DNA from: a virus | Taxonomy: Duplodnaviria; Caudoviricetes | DNA: 64,000 nucleotides | Direction: 5' to 3' (one strand) | IMG/VR virus record: IMGVR_UViG_3300028591_000084 | In this document: positions 40,519 to 49,455 of the stretch, one piece after another | Position numbering within the stretch: the first letter of the stretch is position 1 | Layout of the letters: every line of letters begins with the position of its first letter | Made by a program: the position numbers and the translations under genes | Notes under the pieces: model-generated | The model's database searches: none | The model's input: only the letters and a program-made list of their open reading frames with translations | What the model was told of the DNA's origin: nothing

Positions 40519-40747
40519 TTTGGTAGGTCAATTAGATCTATTTAAACGAAACCACAGGCTGGTTAGGACCGTTATAAGTTCTGTAAAATGTTAGGCCTGG
40601 CATAATATTACTATTCTTATTTATATTTATTCGACCTAACATAACCAGTATAAAATAAGTATTAATCTACTAACTATCGCTGCATAGTGGTAGTTTTTCT
40701 TTTTTTTTATTTTATACCAAACAAATCATCTCAATTCCTTAATAATA

Positions 40748-40823
40748 GATAGTGCTAGCTAGTTATTTTAGTTATTTGAATATTTGGGAGGGAAATTGCT
40801 TGTGATAAGTAGTTTCCCTTTTT
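40748..40823 (+). ncRNA. candidate sRNA 1 (promoter, U-rich segment, GUGAU-loop terminator)
   Basis: Promoter CCTTAataaTA 40737..40747; hairpin gggaaattgctt-GTGAT-aagtagtttccc + T5; no ORF. Confidence 0.55.
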
Positions 40824-40861
40824 ACTTTGAAAATGAAATCCCTATCAAATCCTTACTAGTG

Positions 40862-40929
40862 AAGTAAATTTTTCGGTTGCTATTTCAAAAGGTAGTGGTC
40901 TGTGAAGATCGCTACTTTTCATTTTTTTT
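40862..40929 (+). ncRNA. candidate sRNA 2
   Basis: Promoter CCTTActagTG 40851..40861; hairpin gtagtggtct-GTGA-agatcgctac + T-tract. Confidence 0.55.
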
Positions 40930-40953
40930 ATTCCCCTCGAATCTTTATTAATA

Positions 40954-41027
40954 TATATTAGTGGTTTTATTATTATAATTTCGTTAGAAGAGACCGTTCG
41001 TGATGAATAGTCTCTTTTTTCTTTTTT
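40954..41027 (+). ncRNA. candidate sRNA 3
   Basis: Promoter CCC-N7-CTTTAttaaTA 40933..40953; hairpin gagaccgttc-GTGAT-gaatagtctc + T-tract. Confidence 0.55.
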
Positions 41028-41053
41028 CAACCCGTTAAATCTTTAATATTGAT

Positions 41054-41131
41054 ATGAGTAATAAAACATATATTATAAGTAAGATTTGTATTGGTAATAT
41101 AATGCTCGGATTCAGGAGGTCCGGGCTATAA
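41054..41131 (+). CDS. possible 25-aa leader peptide
   Basis: ATG 2 nt after promoter CCC-gttaaat-CTTTAatatTG; MSNKTYIISKICIGNIMLGFRRSGL. Confidence 0.35.
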   Translation: MSNKTYIISKICIGNIMLGFRRSGL

Positions 41132-41141
41132 TAAAAATAGT

Positions 41142-41366
41142 ATGGAAGAGATCAAGAAAGGATTGATTGTTGAATTTAAAGATAAGAGTCCTAATCCAAA
41201 AACAGGATTAAGTCACGAAAATGCTTATCAAGTTATCGGTACTTGCTTCATGAAAGATCCTACTAGTAGAGAGTGGTTACCGGCCGTAATCTATAAAGGG
41301 GGTGATGAAGTTTATGTTAGAGAACTTAATGAATTCATTGAAAAATTTCAAATTAGAACATCATGA
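41142..41366 (+). CDS. DUF1653-like small protein
   Basis: YQVIG...VIYK....YVRELNEFIEKF pattern. Confidence 0.65.
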   Translation: MEEIKKGLIVEFKDKSPNPKTGLSHENAYQVIGTCFMKDPTSREWLPAVIYKGGDEVYVRELNEFIEKFQIRTS

Positions 41367-43057
41367 TTGGTCAATCTATTATTAACTTATTCGACGGTAT
41401 TATTAAAGGTAATGCACAATTAATTGTAGGCGATTATCAAAGAAGACCAGATTCGTGGCAGAGAATGCAACACAAGAGGCTCTTCGACGATATTATTCGA
41501 TCTTCTGAGAGAGCAGAACGAGGAGAACAGGCAGAGCATTATATCCAGACAGTAACCTTGTTTAGAGGTGAAGGTCGATTAGGGGATCCTTATCAATCAG
41601 CTTATATTGTTGATGGATTGCAGAGAACCACTAATATTTTTATTCTTTGCGCTGCTTTAAGAAATGCTATTCTTAATTCTCCAGAACTAATTAAAGAAGA
41701 CAAGTATAATGACTGTCAAAGAGATCTAAAGAGGCAATTTCTTATTAATTCTGAATCGGGAGAACGAAAATTAAAACTTTATCGTCAAAGTGATGATGAG
41801 ATATTAGATTTTATCGTTCAAAATGATAAGGAAAATCTTGAAAAACTTAAAGAGATTCCACTAATAAAGGTCTACCAATATTACTATAATAGAGCTAAAT
41901 TGGTTAAAAGATCAATCCCTAAGTATTATGAGAAGGGATTGAGAAACTTTACGTGGATTCTTGAAGAGTGTCAATCAGAAAGACAAGCAATAGAACTTTT
42001 CATTGATAAAAACGCTCTACAAAAAGGTACTACAAGCGGCGAAGTGATTCAAGCTAAATTTAGAAATGCTATTATGGATCACTTAACACCTGAAGAGTCT
42101 AAAGAAATAACAAAGCTAATAGATGAAGTAATTGAGTATGAGGAGCTTACGCTTAGTTCCTTTTTTACTGATTTTCTCTACTACAGCTATAATGAAAAGT
42201 ATTCAGATCAAACAACAAAAGAGGTTTATATGAACCTTCTTGACGATCCTGGCGTTGATTTAGTAAGAACTATAAAGAAATTATATTCCTATTATCTATT
42301 TGATAAAGCTTGGAAAGAGAAATCATTTAATCTCGAACCAGCTAAACATCTTCTGGAATCTACCTATACTAAACAATCCTTAAAGGATCTCTTTGTAGAT
42401 CTTTTCAGTGATAAATTTGATGGTAAGTTTGAACTAGGAATGCAGGACAAAGTTCTTATATATAAACTGTGTGAAGCCTATATTATAAGACGAGATGCTG
42501 TAGGTAGAACACAGCACGATAATAAAGTCCTGGCGAAAGTTCTTAGCACTGCGCTAACAGAAGATACTGATTCATATAAAAACCCAGTCGATAAGGTTAG
42601 AAATTTTCTATATAAAAGACCAGGAAAAGAACTGTCCGTCGTCTCTGATGAAGAACTAAGAAAAGAAGGATTAAAGAGTGATGTCTATAAGAATAATGCC
42701 ATGAGAAGACTGACCCTGTGCATACTTCAAAGAATCAATGATAGATTCAGAGTCATCGGGGAACCAAGAATCTATGGGGCTGATAGCATCTCCCTTGATC
42801 ATATTATGTGTCAAAAAAATAATGACAAGAATCCACTCCTGAATATGATCGGAAATCTAACAATTCTTACATCATCCGCCAACTCCCAAATTAGAAATGC
42901 TAAGTTTGAGGAGAAAAGACATCAACTTTATGACCAATCTATATTTAAAATTAATTGGTATTTTAAAGAAAATGAAATTGAACACTGGACTGATGATGAA
43001 ATTCTGAGGAGAAATGATTATATTATTGACCAAGTTATTGATCTCTGGCCAATCTAA
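41363..43057 (+). CDS. GmrSD/SspE-like protein (DUF262 + DUF1524 HNH)
   Basis: YQRRPDSW, IVDGLQRTT, LFxxxN; C-terminal SLDHIMCQ...IGNLTILTSSANS. Confidence 0.85.
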   Translation: MIGQSIINLFDGIIKGNAQLIVGDYQRRPDSWQRMQHKRLFDDIIRSSERAERGEQAEHYIQTVTLFRGEGRLGDPYQSAYIVDGLQRTTNIFILCAALRNAILNSPELIKEDKYNDCQRDLKRQFLINSESGERKLKLYRQSDDEILDFIVQNDKENLEKLKEIPLIKVYQYYYNRAKLVKRSIPKYYEKGLRNFTWILEECQSERQAIELFIDKNALQKGTTSGEVIQAKFRNAIMDHLTPEESKEITKLIDEVIEYEELTLSSFFTDFLYYSYNEKYSDQTTKEVYMNLLDDPGVDLVRTIKKLYSYYLFDKAWKEKSFNLEPAKHLLESTYTKQSLKDLFVDLFSDKFDGKFELGMQDKVLIYKLCEAYIIRRDAVGRTQHDNKVLAKVLSTALTEDTDSYKNPVDKVRNFLYKRPGKELSVVSDEELRKEGLKSDVYKNNAMRRLTLCILQRINDRFRVIGEPRIYGADSISLDHIMCQKNNDKNPLLNMIGNLTILTSSANSQIRNAKFEEKRHQLYDQSIFKINWYFKENEIEHWTDDEILRRNDYIIDQVIDLWPI

Positions 43058-43058
43058 A

Positions 43059-43103
43059 TAAAAAAAAGAGAGTAGTTTAAACGCTACCCTCTTTAATTTT
43101 TTT
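43059..43103. terminator. bidirectional terminator
   Basis: A-tract, agagagtag/ctaccctct, T-tract. Confidence 0.7.
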
Positions 43104-43427
43104 TTACTTTACCTCAATTAGTTTAGCCTCAGTTCCCTGCTTTTTGGGAACTAGTACTGTCAAAATTCCATTCTCAAGACTGGCTGTAATACCTTCTTGA
43201 TCAACATCAACCGGCAAAGTATACCTGAGATTGAACCTATCTTTGAAGGGGCCAAACTTATCAGAAGACTTAATTAGCAAACAATCACGTTCAGTTTTAA
43301 TCTCTAGCTCATCTTTAGTTACTCCTACAGCTCTAACCTCAATAATAAAATTCTCCTCACACTCTCTTACATCTGTTACCGCACTCTCCTTGAAAGTCGG
43401 AAACATAAAATCATTAAATGCTATCAT
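43104..43427 (-). CDS. small heat shock protein (Hsp20/alpha-crystallin)
   Basis: GVTKDEL, FxxxYTLP.DVD..I.ASLENGILTVLVPK, C-terminal IEV; AGGAG upstream. Confidence 0.93.
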   Translation of the reverse strand: MIAFNDFMFPTFKESAVTDVRECEENFIIEVRAVGVTKDELEIKTERDCLLIKSSDKFGPFKDRFNLRYTLPVDVDQEGITASLENGILTVLVPKKQGTEAKLIEVK

Positions 43428-43458
43428 AATATTTTATCTCCTTTCTATTAACCTCTAA

Positions 43459-43520
43459 TGCAAAAACTATACCAAAGAAAAAAGAATGACAAAATGACAT
43501 AAAGATGTGTCATACTGTCA
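43459..43520 (-). promoter_or_regulatory. sigma54-type promoter with upstream TGACA-N3-TGACA inverted operator
   Basis: Minus TTGGTATAGTTTTTGCA (GG-N10-GC) at 43459..43475; TGACAaaaTGACA-N8-TGTCAtacTGTCA at 43487..43520. Confidence 0.65.
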
Positions 43521-43521
43521 G

Positions 43522-43712
43522 AAAAAAAATTTTAAAGCGCACCAACTCCCATTGCTACACTCTTGCTATCACCTAAGAGCTCCACAATTCCATTAATGCG
43601 CTTTTAGACCAACAACTTACTTCTCTTAGCCTACCGATTCTTGCTATTACCTAAGAACCTAATATGCTTAAAAGATCTTTATTATTGATCTCTCTTACTA
43701 TTCTTATTTATT
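43522..43712 (-). ncRNA. candidate structured ncRNA with two copies of a TCTTAGGTRATAGCAAGA stem-loop
   Basis: Promoter CCTTAtataTG at 43713..43723; 18-nt repeats at 43561..43578 and 43639..43656; aaagcgca/tgcgcttt stem before a T-tract; no ORF. Confidence 0.5.
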
Positions 43713-43792
43713 CATATATAAGGCTTTAAGACGATTTTAAAGGTAGTTTTTGGCCTATTTTTAACCAAAATTTAAAGAAAAATAAAGAAAAA

Positions 43793-44185
43793 TCAAGGTA
43801 AATCCTTGATTTTCCCCAAAAACTCCTTATCAAAGGCGGACGTTTCGGAAATCGCCCAGATCTTACTTGGAGTTTTTATGTATACTTCTGTGAAATGCTC
43901 GATTTCTCGAGCTGCATCACATACTTTACTTATCTCAACATTTCCGTAAATGAAATGCTTAGATAATGTATCGTGTGCGCTACAAACGCCCTCCAACCAC
44001 TCCTTCTCCCGAAAGAATGGTATTTTTTGGTCCTTACCTGCTTTCTCACAAGCGGCCCTTAGTTTCTCTACTCGGGGCAATCCCTGTTTTATTATCAGGA
44101 TGATTTTTATTACCCCAAGGGACTCGGCCCTCTCCCAAATGGAGATAACCGACTCTCTAAATCTTAATTCTTTTGTTTTTTCCAT
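43793..44185 (-). CDS. hypothetical protein
   Basis: 130 aa; promoter at 44273..44293; structured leader. Confidence 0.75.
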   Translation of the reverse strand: MEKTKELRFRESVISIWERAESLGVIKIILIIKQGLPRVEKLRAACEKAGKDQKIPFFREKEWLEGVCSAHDTLSKHFIYGNVEISKVCDAAREIEHFTEVYIKTPSKIWAISETSAFDKEFLGKIKDLP

Positions 44186-44293
44186 AACTTGTTGTTGTTA
44201 GGCTCCTTTTTCTCATTCCTCAGGATCGGAACCTACTAATCCCTTGGAAGATAACTTACTACGTTTCAGTTACATATATAAGGCTTTGAGGAG

Positions 44294-44364
44294 AAAGAAG
44301 AAAGAGAGCTATTCATCACGAACGGCTCCCTCTAAAGTAATAAATAAAAACAAATAGGTATTTA
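44294..44364 (-). ncRNA. candidate sRNA 4 (paralog of sRNA 3)
   Basis: Promoter CCTTAcataTA 44365..44375; hairpin ggagccgttc-GTGAT-gaatagctct with compensatory changes versus sRNA 3. Confidence 0.55.
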
Positions 44365-44386
44365 TATATGTAAGGTTTTAATGGTT

Positions 44387-44445
44387 TAATACAGAGTCCG
44401 GTTAAAAATGAAAAGTAGCGATCTTCACAGACCACTACCTTTTGA
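44387..44445 (-). repeat. repeat/terminator element after clpC
   Basis: 44387..44438 is the exact reverse complement of 52939..52990; 44404..44445 is the exact reverse complement of 40885..40926. Confidence 0.9.
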
Positions 44446-44482
44446 GAAGGTCCAGGATTTTACTCCCAGACCCAACCAAGTA

Positions 44483-47257
44483 TTAATTAACAACTACTTT
44501 AACTTTTTTCTCTTCCTCATCCCAGTCCGTATTAAACTTATTAACAGTAGTATCTTCTACCATTTTAAGACTAATAGGACCTACAATATACTCAATAATC
44601 TTTCTCTGAAGATCTCTAGCTCCAAAGGTCTTATCACAAGCCTCAATAATTACATCTCTAAGCTTTGGTGAGATCTTGATTGATATATTAGACTTGTTTA
44701 ACTGCTTCTTAATTTTATCGAGCTCCAGAACAAATATCTTCTCCAGCTCTTTCTTTCCGAGCGGATTAAAAACAATAACCTTATTTAGTCGGTTCAGAAA
44801 TTCCGGCCTGAAATAGCTCTTGACGCTCTTCATAACAATATCTTGCGTTCTTTGAGCCTCATCATTTTCTTCGCCTTCCTTACCAAACCCGATCTTAATA
44901 GTATTCTTTAGTTCTTTAGTTCCAATATTGCCGGTAAAGATTATAATGGTATTTGTGAAATCTACTTCTTCACCATTAGCCATTTTTATTTTACCTTCAT
45001 CTAGCATATTAAGAAACAGGTCGAGTATAGACTCATGCATCTTCTCCACTTCATCGATTAGGACAAGTGAATTTTTGTGGCGCCTTACTTGCTCAAGTAA
45101 TGTTCCACCAGCATTATCATAACCAACATATCCCGGAGGAGCACCTATTAGTTTAGAGATTGAGTGGGATTCTTTAAGTTCACCACAATCAATCTTTACT
45201 AAATTCTTCTCTGATCCAAAAAAGTTTTTAGCTAGTTGTTTAGCTATCAGAGTTTTACCAACACCAGAGGGACCAACTTCCAAAATGCTACAAATTGGTT
45301 TTCTTTGATTTCTAAGTCCAAGCGCATTAAGCTGAATCGCCTGAATAAATGTATCAATAGCTCCTTGTTGTCCTATTACCTGTTTTTCAAGCTCTTTCTT
45401 GATTTTAGCTACTTTCTCAGTATCAGTCTGAATAATCTTTTCTACTGGTATTCTTGAAAGTTTTGAAACAGCCAGGGCAACATCACTCTTTGTCACTTCA
45501 AGCCAGTTCTTTCTATTATTAGTCTCCTTGGCTTGAGCTTTTTCTCGTTTATCTAATTCTTCTTTAAGAGCTCGTTCCTCTTTTTGCAATCGATCACCCT
45601 CCTCAAAATCCATCTTTACTGTAACAGCATCGATCTTGTCTTGAATAACCTTCTCTAACTTCTCCTCAAGATCAGCATTAGGATTATCCTTCGAACAAAG
45701 ACTTAAAGATCTCAAAGATACTATAGATCCCGCCAAATCCAGAACATCTATTGATTTGTCTGGTTGATGTCTATCTGAAATATACCTCTCGCTCCAATCA
45801 ACACAAAGTTCAATTACTTCTTTGGTGAATTTTACTTTATGGTATTTCTCATAGGAACTATTAACACCCTTTAGAATCTTTATACACTCTGCTCTGGAGG
45901 GTTCAATAATATCGATCTGTGAAAACCTTCTCTTCAAGGCTGCATCTTTCTCGATATATTTATGATATTCGTCACTCGTAGTTGCTCCTATACACTGAAA
46001 TTCTCCACGCGCAAGATATGGTTTTAAAATATTAGCCATATCACCAGAGCCACTAGAACCGGCATTAACGATATTATGAATCTCGTCAATAAAGATCATG
46101 ACCTTACCTTTATTTTCGATAAGCTCTTTAATGATTTTCTGGATTCTTTCCTCAAATTGGCCGCGATATTGTGTTCCTGCTATAAGATCATTTACGTTGA
46201 GAGCACAGAGACGTATTCCCCTTAAGTTCTTAGGTACCTCATCTCTACTAATTCTTTGTGCTAGTCTCTCAATAATAGCGGATTTTCCACAACCTGCCTC
46301 GCCCGTTAGGATGACATTATTTTTCTTCCTCTTAGTTAGAACCTCTATCATTTGATCTACAATGTCATCTCTTCCGATAACAGGATCAAACTTATTCTTC
46401 TCAGCTAGTTTTGTATAATCAACTGCAAAAGAGTCAAGGATAGGGGTATTACTACTAGGATCGATAGCAGTCCCTGAAAAAGCATTGGATTCTCCAAACT
46501 TCTCAAAAGCTTTATCATCCTCATTTTTTTCATCAATTCCACTGAAGGGAGAACTAATAATTTTCTCTTTCAATTCACCCTCCTCATCACTTTTTTTCTC
46601 AGCTCTCTTTTTCATGAACTCCTCGAAATCAGTGATAGTTGATATAATTTTATCAGCAAAGTGGGGATCATCAGGGCTTGGTATAGAGTCCAGCCAATTG
46701 CTCATTTTATCAAGAGTACCTCCTAAAGTCTTGACTAGTTCTTCATACTCCTCGTCGATAAATTTCTTAACAACTTCAGCAAAATCTTCACCCGTTACGT
46801 CTAAGATCCCGGGAATAACATCAAGTTCCTTATGAAGTAAACAGGAGTAAAGTAAAACCTCGGGAAATAATAAACCATTAAATTTTGGGTAATGTTTCGA
46901 AACTAAATCCGTAGCCTCTTCATAGATGACATCAAGAACTGGACTAAAAGGTATAGGATCATTGGGACCCATAAGACCCTCTTGAATATTTTTATCCAGT
47001 CTAAGCTCAGTCATTTCCTTCTCCTTAACAAGCTCAACATCAATAGCCTGTAAGATCTCAATTCTCTGTTTTGGCGTTAAATACTCAAAATAGATCTTAG
47101 ATAACAAACCCCCACTCTTAAGTAATCCTTCTTTTGTCATAACGAAGGAAGAAGCAATAAAGTTTGCTACAGTAATGACTTTAACATTACTTCGTCTCGC
47201 ATATTCTGATCCAAATTTCAGAATATTTGATAGTTCTTTGCTTTGTGATCTTTCCAT
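44483..47257 (-). CDS. clpC: ClpC-type Hsp100 AAA+ unfoldase
   Basis: GEAGCGKS, FIDEIH, GATT, PDKSIDVLD, UVR-like M-domain, GPSGVGKT, GAPPGYVGY, IGF loop, FRPEFLNR, FGAR. Confidence 0.92.
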   Translation of the reverse strand: MERSQSKELSNILKFGSEYARRSNVKVITVANFIASSFVMTKEGLLKSGGLLSKIYFEYLTPKQRIEILQAIDVELVKEKEMTELRLDKNIQEGLMGPNDPIPFSPVLDVIYEEATDLVSKHYPKFNGLLFPEVLLYSCLLHKELDVIPGILDVTGEDFAEVVKKFIDEEYEELVKTLGGTLDKMSNWLDSIPSPDDPHFADKIISTITDFEEFMKKRAEKKSDEEGELKEKIISSPFSGIDEKNEDDKAFEKFGESNAFSGTAIDPSSNTPILDSFAVDYTKLAEKNKFDPVIGRDDIVDQMIEVLTKRKKNNVILTGEAGCGKSAIIERLAQRISRDEVPKNLRGIRLCALNVNDLIAGTQYRGQFEERIQKIIKELIENKGKVMIFIDEIHNIVNAGSSGSGDMANILKPYLARGEFQCIGATTSDEYHKYIEKDAALKRRFSQIDIIEPSRAECIKILKGVNSSYEKYHKVKFTKEVIELCVDWSERYISDRHQPDKSIDVLDLAGSIVSLRSLSLCSKDNPNADLEEKLEKVIQDKIDAVTVKMDFEEGDRLQKEERALKEELDKREKAQAKETNNRKNWLEVTKSDVALAVSKLSRIPVEKIIQTDTEKVAKIKKELEKQVIGQQGAIDTFIQAIQLNALGLRNQRKPICSILEVGPSGVGKTLIAKQLAKNFFGSEKNLVKIDCGELKESHSISKLIGAPPGYVGYDNAGGTLLEQVRRHKNSLVLIDEVEKMHESILDLFLNMLDEGKIKMANGEEVDFTNTIIIFTGNIGTKELKNTIKIGFGKEGEENDEAQRTQDIVMKSVKSYFRPEFLNRLNKVIVFNPLGKKELEKIFVLELDKIKKQLNKSNISIKISPKLRDVIIEACDKTFGARDLQRKIIEYIVGPISLKMVEDTTVNKFNTDWDEEEKKVKVVVN

Positions 47258-47301
47258 ATATCTTTAAAACTTTTACCACTTTTAAGGGTCTGGCTACTTT
47301 T

Positions 47302-48138
47302 TTAGTGGATTTTTATAAGTTTTACTTTAGCTGCATTATCACCACAATCATTAGTAGCTATAATTTGAGATTTATAGTCATAACCACATCCTTTGATGGC
47401 CTTCCAGACAAGACGCATAACATCTCTCCTCTCCTCTTTAACGGGACAGATCAAAGAAGCAATTCCTCTTCTCGCCAATAAGAAAAAGTTAGCGTAAGCA
47501 ATGAAGATCGGTGAGTTATATTGATCTGGCCCTAACTCTTTTTTCAGAAATTCTTTAGCCTCCTCTCTGGAACTTTCACTAATACCAGTTTCGAGGGAGG
47601 TATCTAGATTTATTTCTTCCGGAACAAGAAGCTTATTCTCTCCTATCTCTTGCATTATTGATCTAAATTCTTCGATTTCTTTTATAATACAAGTCTGATA
47701 AGGAGTCTTTGGAATCATATTTTCCAACTCCCTAAATCTCTTTTCTGTAATTATATGTTGGGATATAGACTCTTTGGCCTGTATCTCCCCTAATCTTACC
47801 GCTATAAGAGATTCAAATTTGGTTGAGGGATAGAATGATATTTTATATAGATTCTCAGAAATAATCTTACCCACCAAATTAAAAGTAACTTTATAGGCAT
47901 AAGATGTGTAATTAGAAGAGAATATAATAAGAAACTCAGGCTCCTTATCCATCTTATCAGGCCAATCAATAGGCGTGTCTGACTGAATAAATCTGATATA
48001 CTGAGAAATTCTCTCAATAAACTCTTTAGAGAATAGATCATACTCACTGGATACTTTAATCAATCCACATCCATCTAGATCTTCTAATTCTCTAGTACCA
48101 ATAAACGGATCATTAACGATATTAAATTTCTTAATCAT
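47302..48138 (-). CDS. hypothetical protein
   Basis: 278 aa; promoter CCTTActatTG-ac-ATG. Confidence 0.8.
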   Translation of the reverse strand: MIKKFNIVNDPFIGTRELEDLDGCGLIKVSSEYDLFSKEFIERISQYIRFIQSDTPIDWPDKMDKEPEFLIIFSSNYTSYAYKVTFNLVGKIISENLYKISFYPSTKFESLIAVRLGEIQAKESISQHIITEKRFRELENMIPKTPYQTCIIKEIEEFRSIMQEIGENKLLVPEEINLDTSLETGISESSREEAKEFLKKELGPDQYNSPIFIAYANFFLLARRGIASLICPVKEERRDVMRLVWKAIKGCGYDYKSQIIATNDCGDNAAKVKLIKIH

Positions 48139-48154
48139 GTCAATAGTAAGGATC

Positions 48155-48823
48155 TTAGCCGATTAAATTATATCCAGGAATATATCTCGCTGAGTAAGAC
48201 GCTATAAGCATTTTTAGTGAGTTACCACCATGTATTTTGATATATCTATGTGAATCAGCCATAACTATAAAAATATTATCCCAATCGTAAATTTTTTTTA
48301 TGAGGTCACAAAATTGATCTTCATAAGTCGTTCCAATATTATTTTTCAGAACATTAATAAGCGGAGAAGAAGGTTCCACCATCTTCTCAAAAAGTGCTAT
48401 TTTTGTTTCAATAAAAGTTCTGAAAAGTGTTCTATCTATCCCAGGTATTGATAAGAATTTCGCTCCATACGAGCCCCTGTCACTACTGGTAAGATTATTT
48501 TTTAAAAAATTCTCAACATCCGCAAGGATACTGTTGAAAGTTATATATTTTCTTGAATTAGGACTTATAAAAAATTCATAAGAAGGGTAGTATCTTTCAT
48601 AACCAGCTTTTACTATAGCGCTCTGGGTAAAATCAAAGAATTTTTTTATTTTATCCTTCTTCGTTAGATAATCTGAACTTTTTAATAATCCGTCAAGATA
48701 ATCCAAATCAGATTTCCCTATTTTATCAAAATAGTTCTGAATTGAAGGTAATAATAATTGTCTTTTAACATCATTAGAAATGAATCTAACAAATCCAAAG
48801 CCAGTATTAAAAAACAGCATCAT
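48155..48823 (-). CDS. hypothetical protein
   Basis: 222 aa. Confidence 0.75.
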   Translation of the reverse strand: MMLFFNTGFGFVRFISNDVKRQLLLPSIQNYFDKIGKSDLDYLDGLLKSSDYLTKKDKIKKFFDFTQSAIVKAGYERYYPSYEFFISPNSRKYITFNSILADVENFLKNNLTSSDRGSYGAKFLSIPGIDRTLFRTFIETKIALFEKMVEPSSPLINVLKNNIGTTYEDQFCDLIKKIYDWDNIFIVMADSHRYIKIHGGNSLKMLIASYSARYIPGYNLIG

Positions 48824-49455
48824 ATCTTTACGCAGTCCTTTGTTACTAACTTAAATTCTTCAACTCCCTTTTTATAATACCCATAAGATTGTATGATAAG
48901 AAGGGAGTATCTATCATTCCAAGAAGGATAAGACTCCACATCTTTTTTTAATAGGTTTGTAATTCTATCAAAATCAAAAAATTCATTGATTATACTATCA
49001 CACTCCTCATCAATTTTATTACCAAAGTCACTAGTAAAAACACGCACTTGTCTCTCAGGAATACTTTCGAATTGGAGTGCATGTAGCTGCGATCTTGGTT
49101 TATCATCATATCCATAAGGAAAAAAGTGACCAAAATAATTTAAATTGAATCTTAAAACTCTTTCAATTAGGAATCTTGGTGTCAAAAACTTTAGGGAAGT
49201 GAAAATAGGATCATTATAATAAATAGATAAAAGTATTTCATTCTTAATGATTGCTTCTGATTTCCTTTTCCTTATCTCCTCTACCATCTCACTCAAGAAT
49301 CCAGGATCTTTAAAACGTTTATCTACTATAGGTCGGGGAGATCCGCCCATTAAGCCATATACTAGAGAGCTAATATTTTGTGTTAATAGATAATTACATT
49401 TAACCCCCTCTAGGATAAAACAATAGTTTTGGGTTGGTTTTTTGAAGCATCGCAT
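48820..49455 (-). CDS. hypothetical protein
   Basis: 211 aa. Confidence 0.75.
   Translation of the reverse strand: MRCFKKPTQNYCFILEGVKCNYLLTQNISSLVYGLMGGSPRPIVDKRFKDPGFLSEMVEEIRKRKSEAIIKNEILLSIYYNDPIFTSLKFLTPRFLIERVLRFNLNYFGHFFPYGYDDKPRSQLHALQFESIPERQVRVFTSDFGNKIDEECDSIINEFFDFDRITNLLKKDVESYPSWNDRYSLLIIQSYGYYKKGVEEFKLVTKDCVKI

Noticed and set aside
40727-41051. CRISPR array interpretation of the repeated hairpins
   Set aside because: Repeats are not identical, each unit has its own promoter and T-tract, and no cas genes are seen
43561-43656. Mini-CRISPR from the 18-nt direct repeats
   Set aside because: Only two short copies with a 60-nt spacer; better explained as RNA stem-loops
40845-44671. 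ORFs 40845..41030(-) and 44408..44671(+) sharing MKSSDLHRPLPFE
   Set aside because: The shared peptide is just the translation of the repeated terminator's antisense strand
44483-47257. ClpB disaggregase call
   Set aside because: The short UVR-like middle domain and the IGF loop indicate a ClpP-partnering ClpC type
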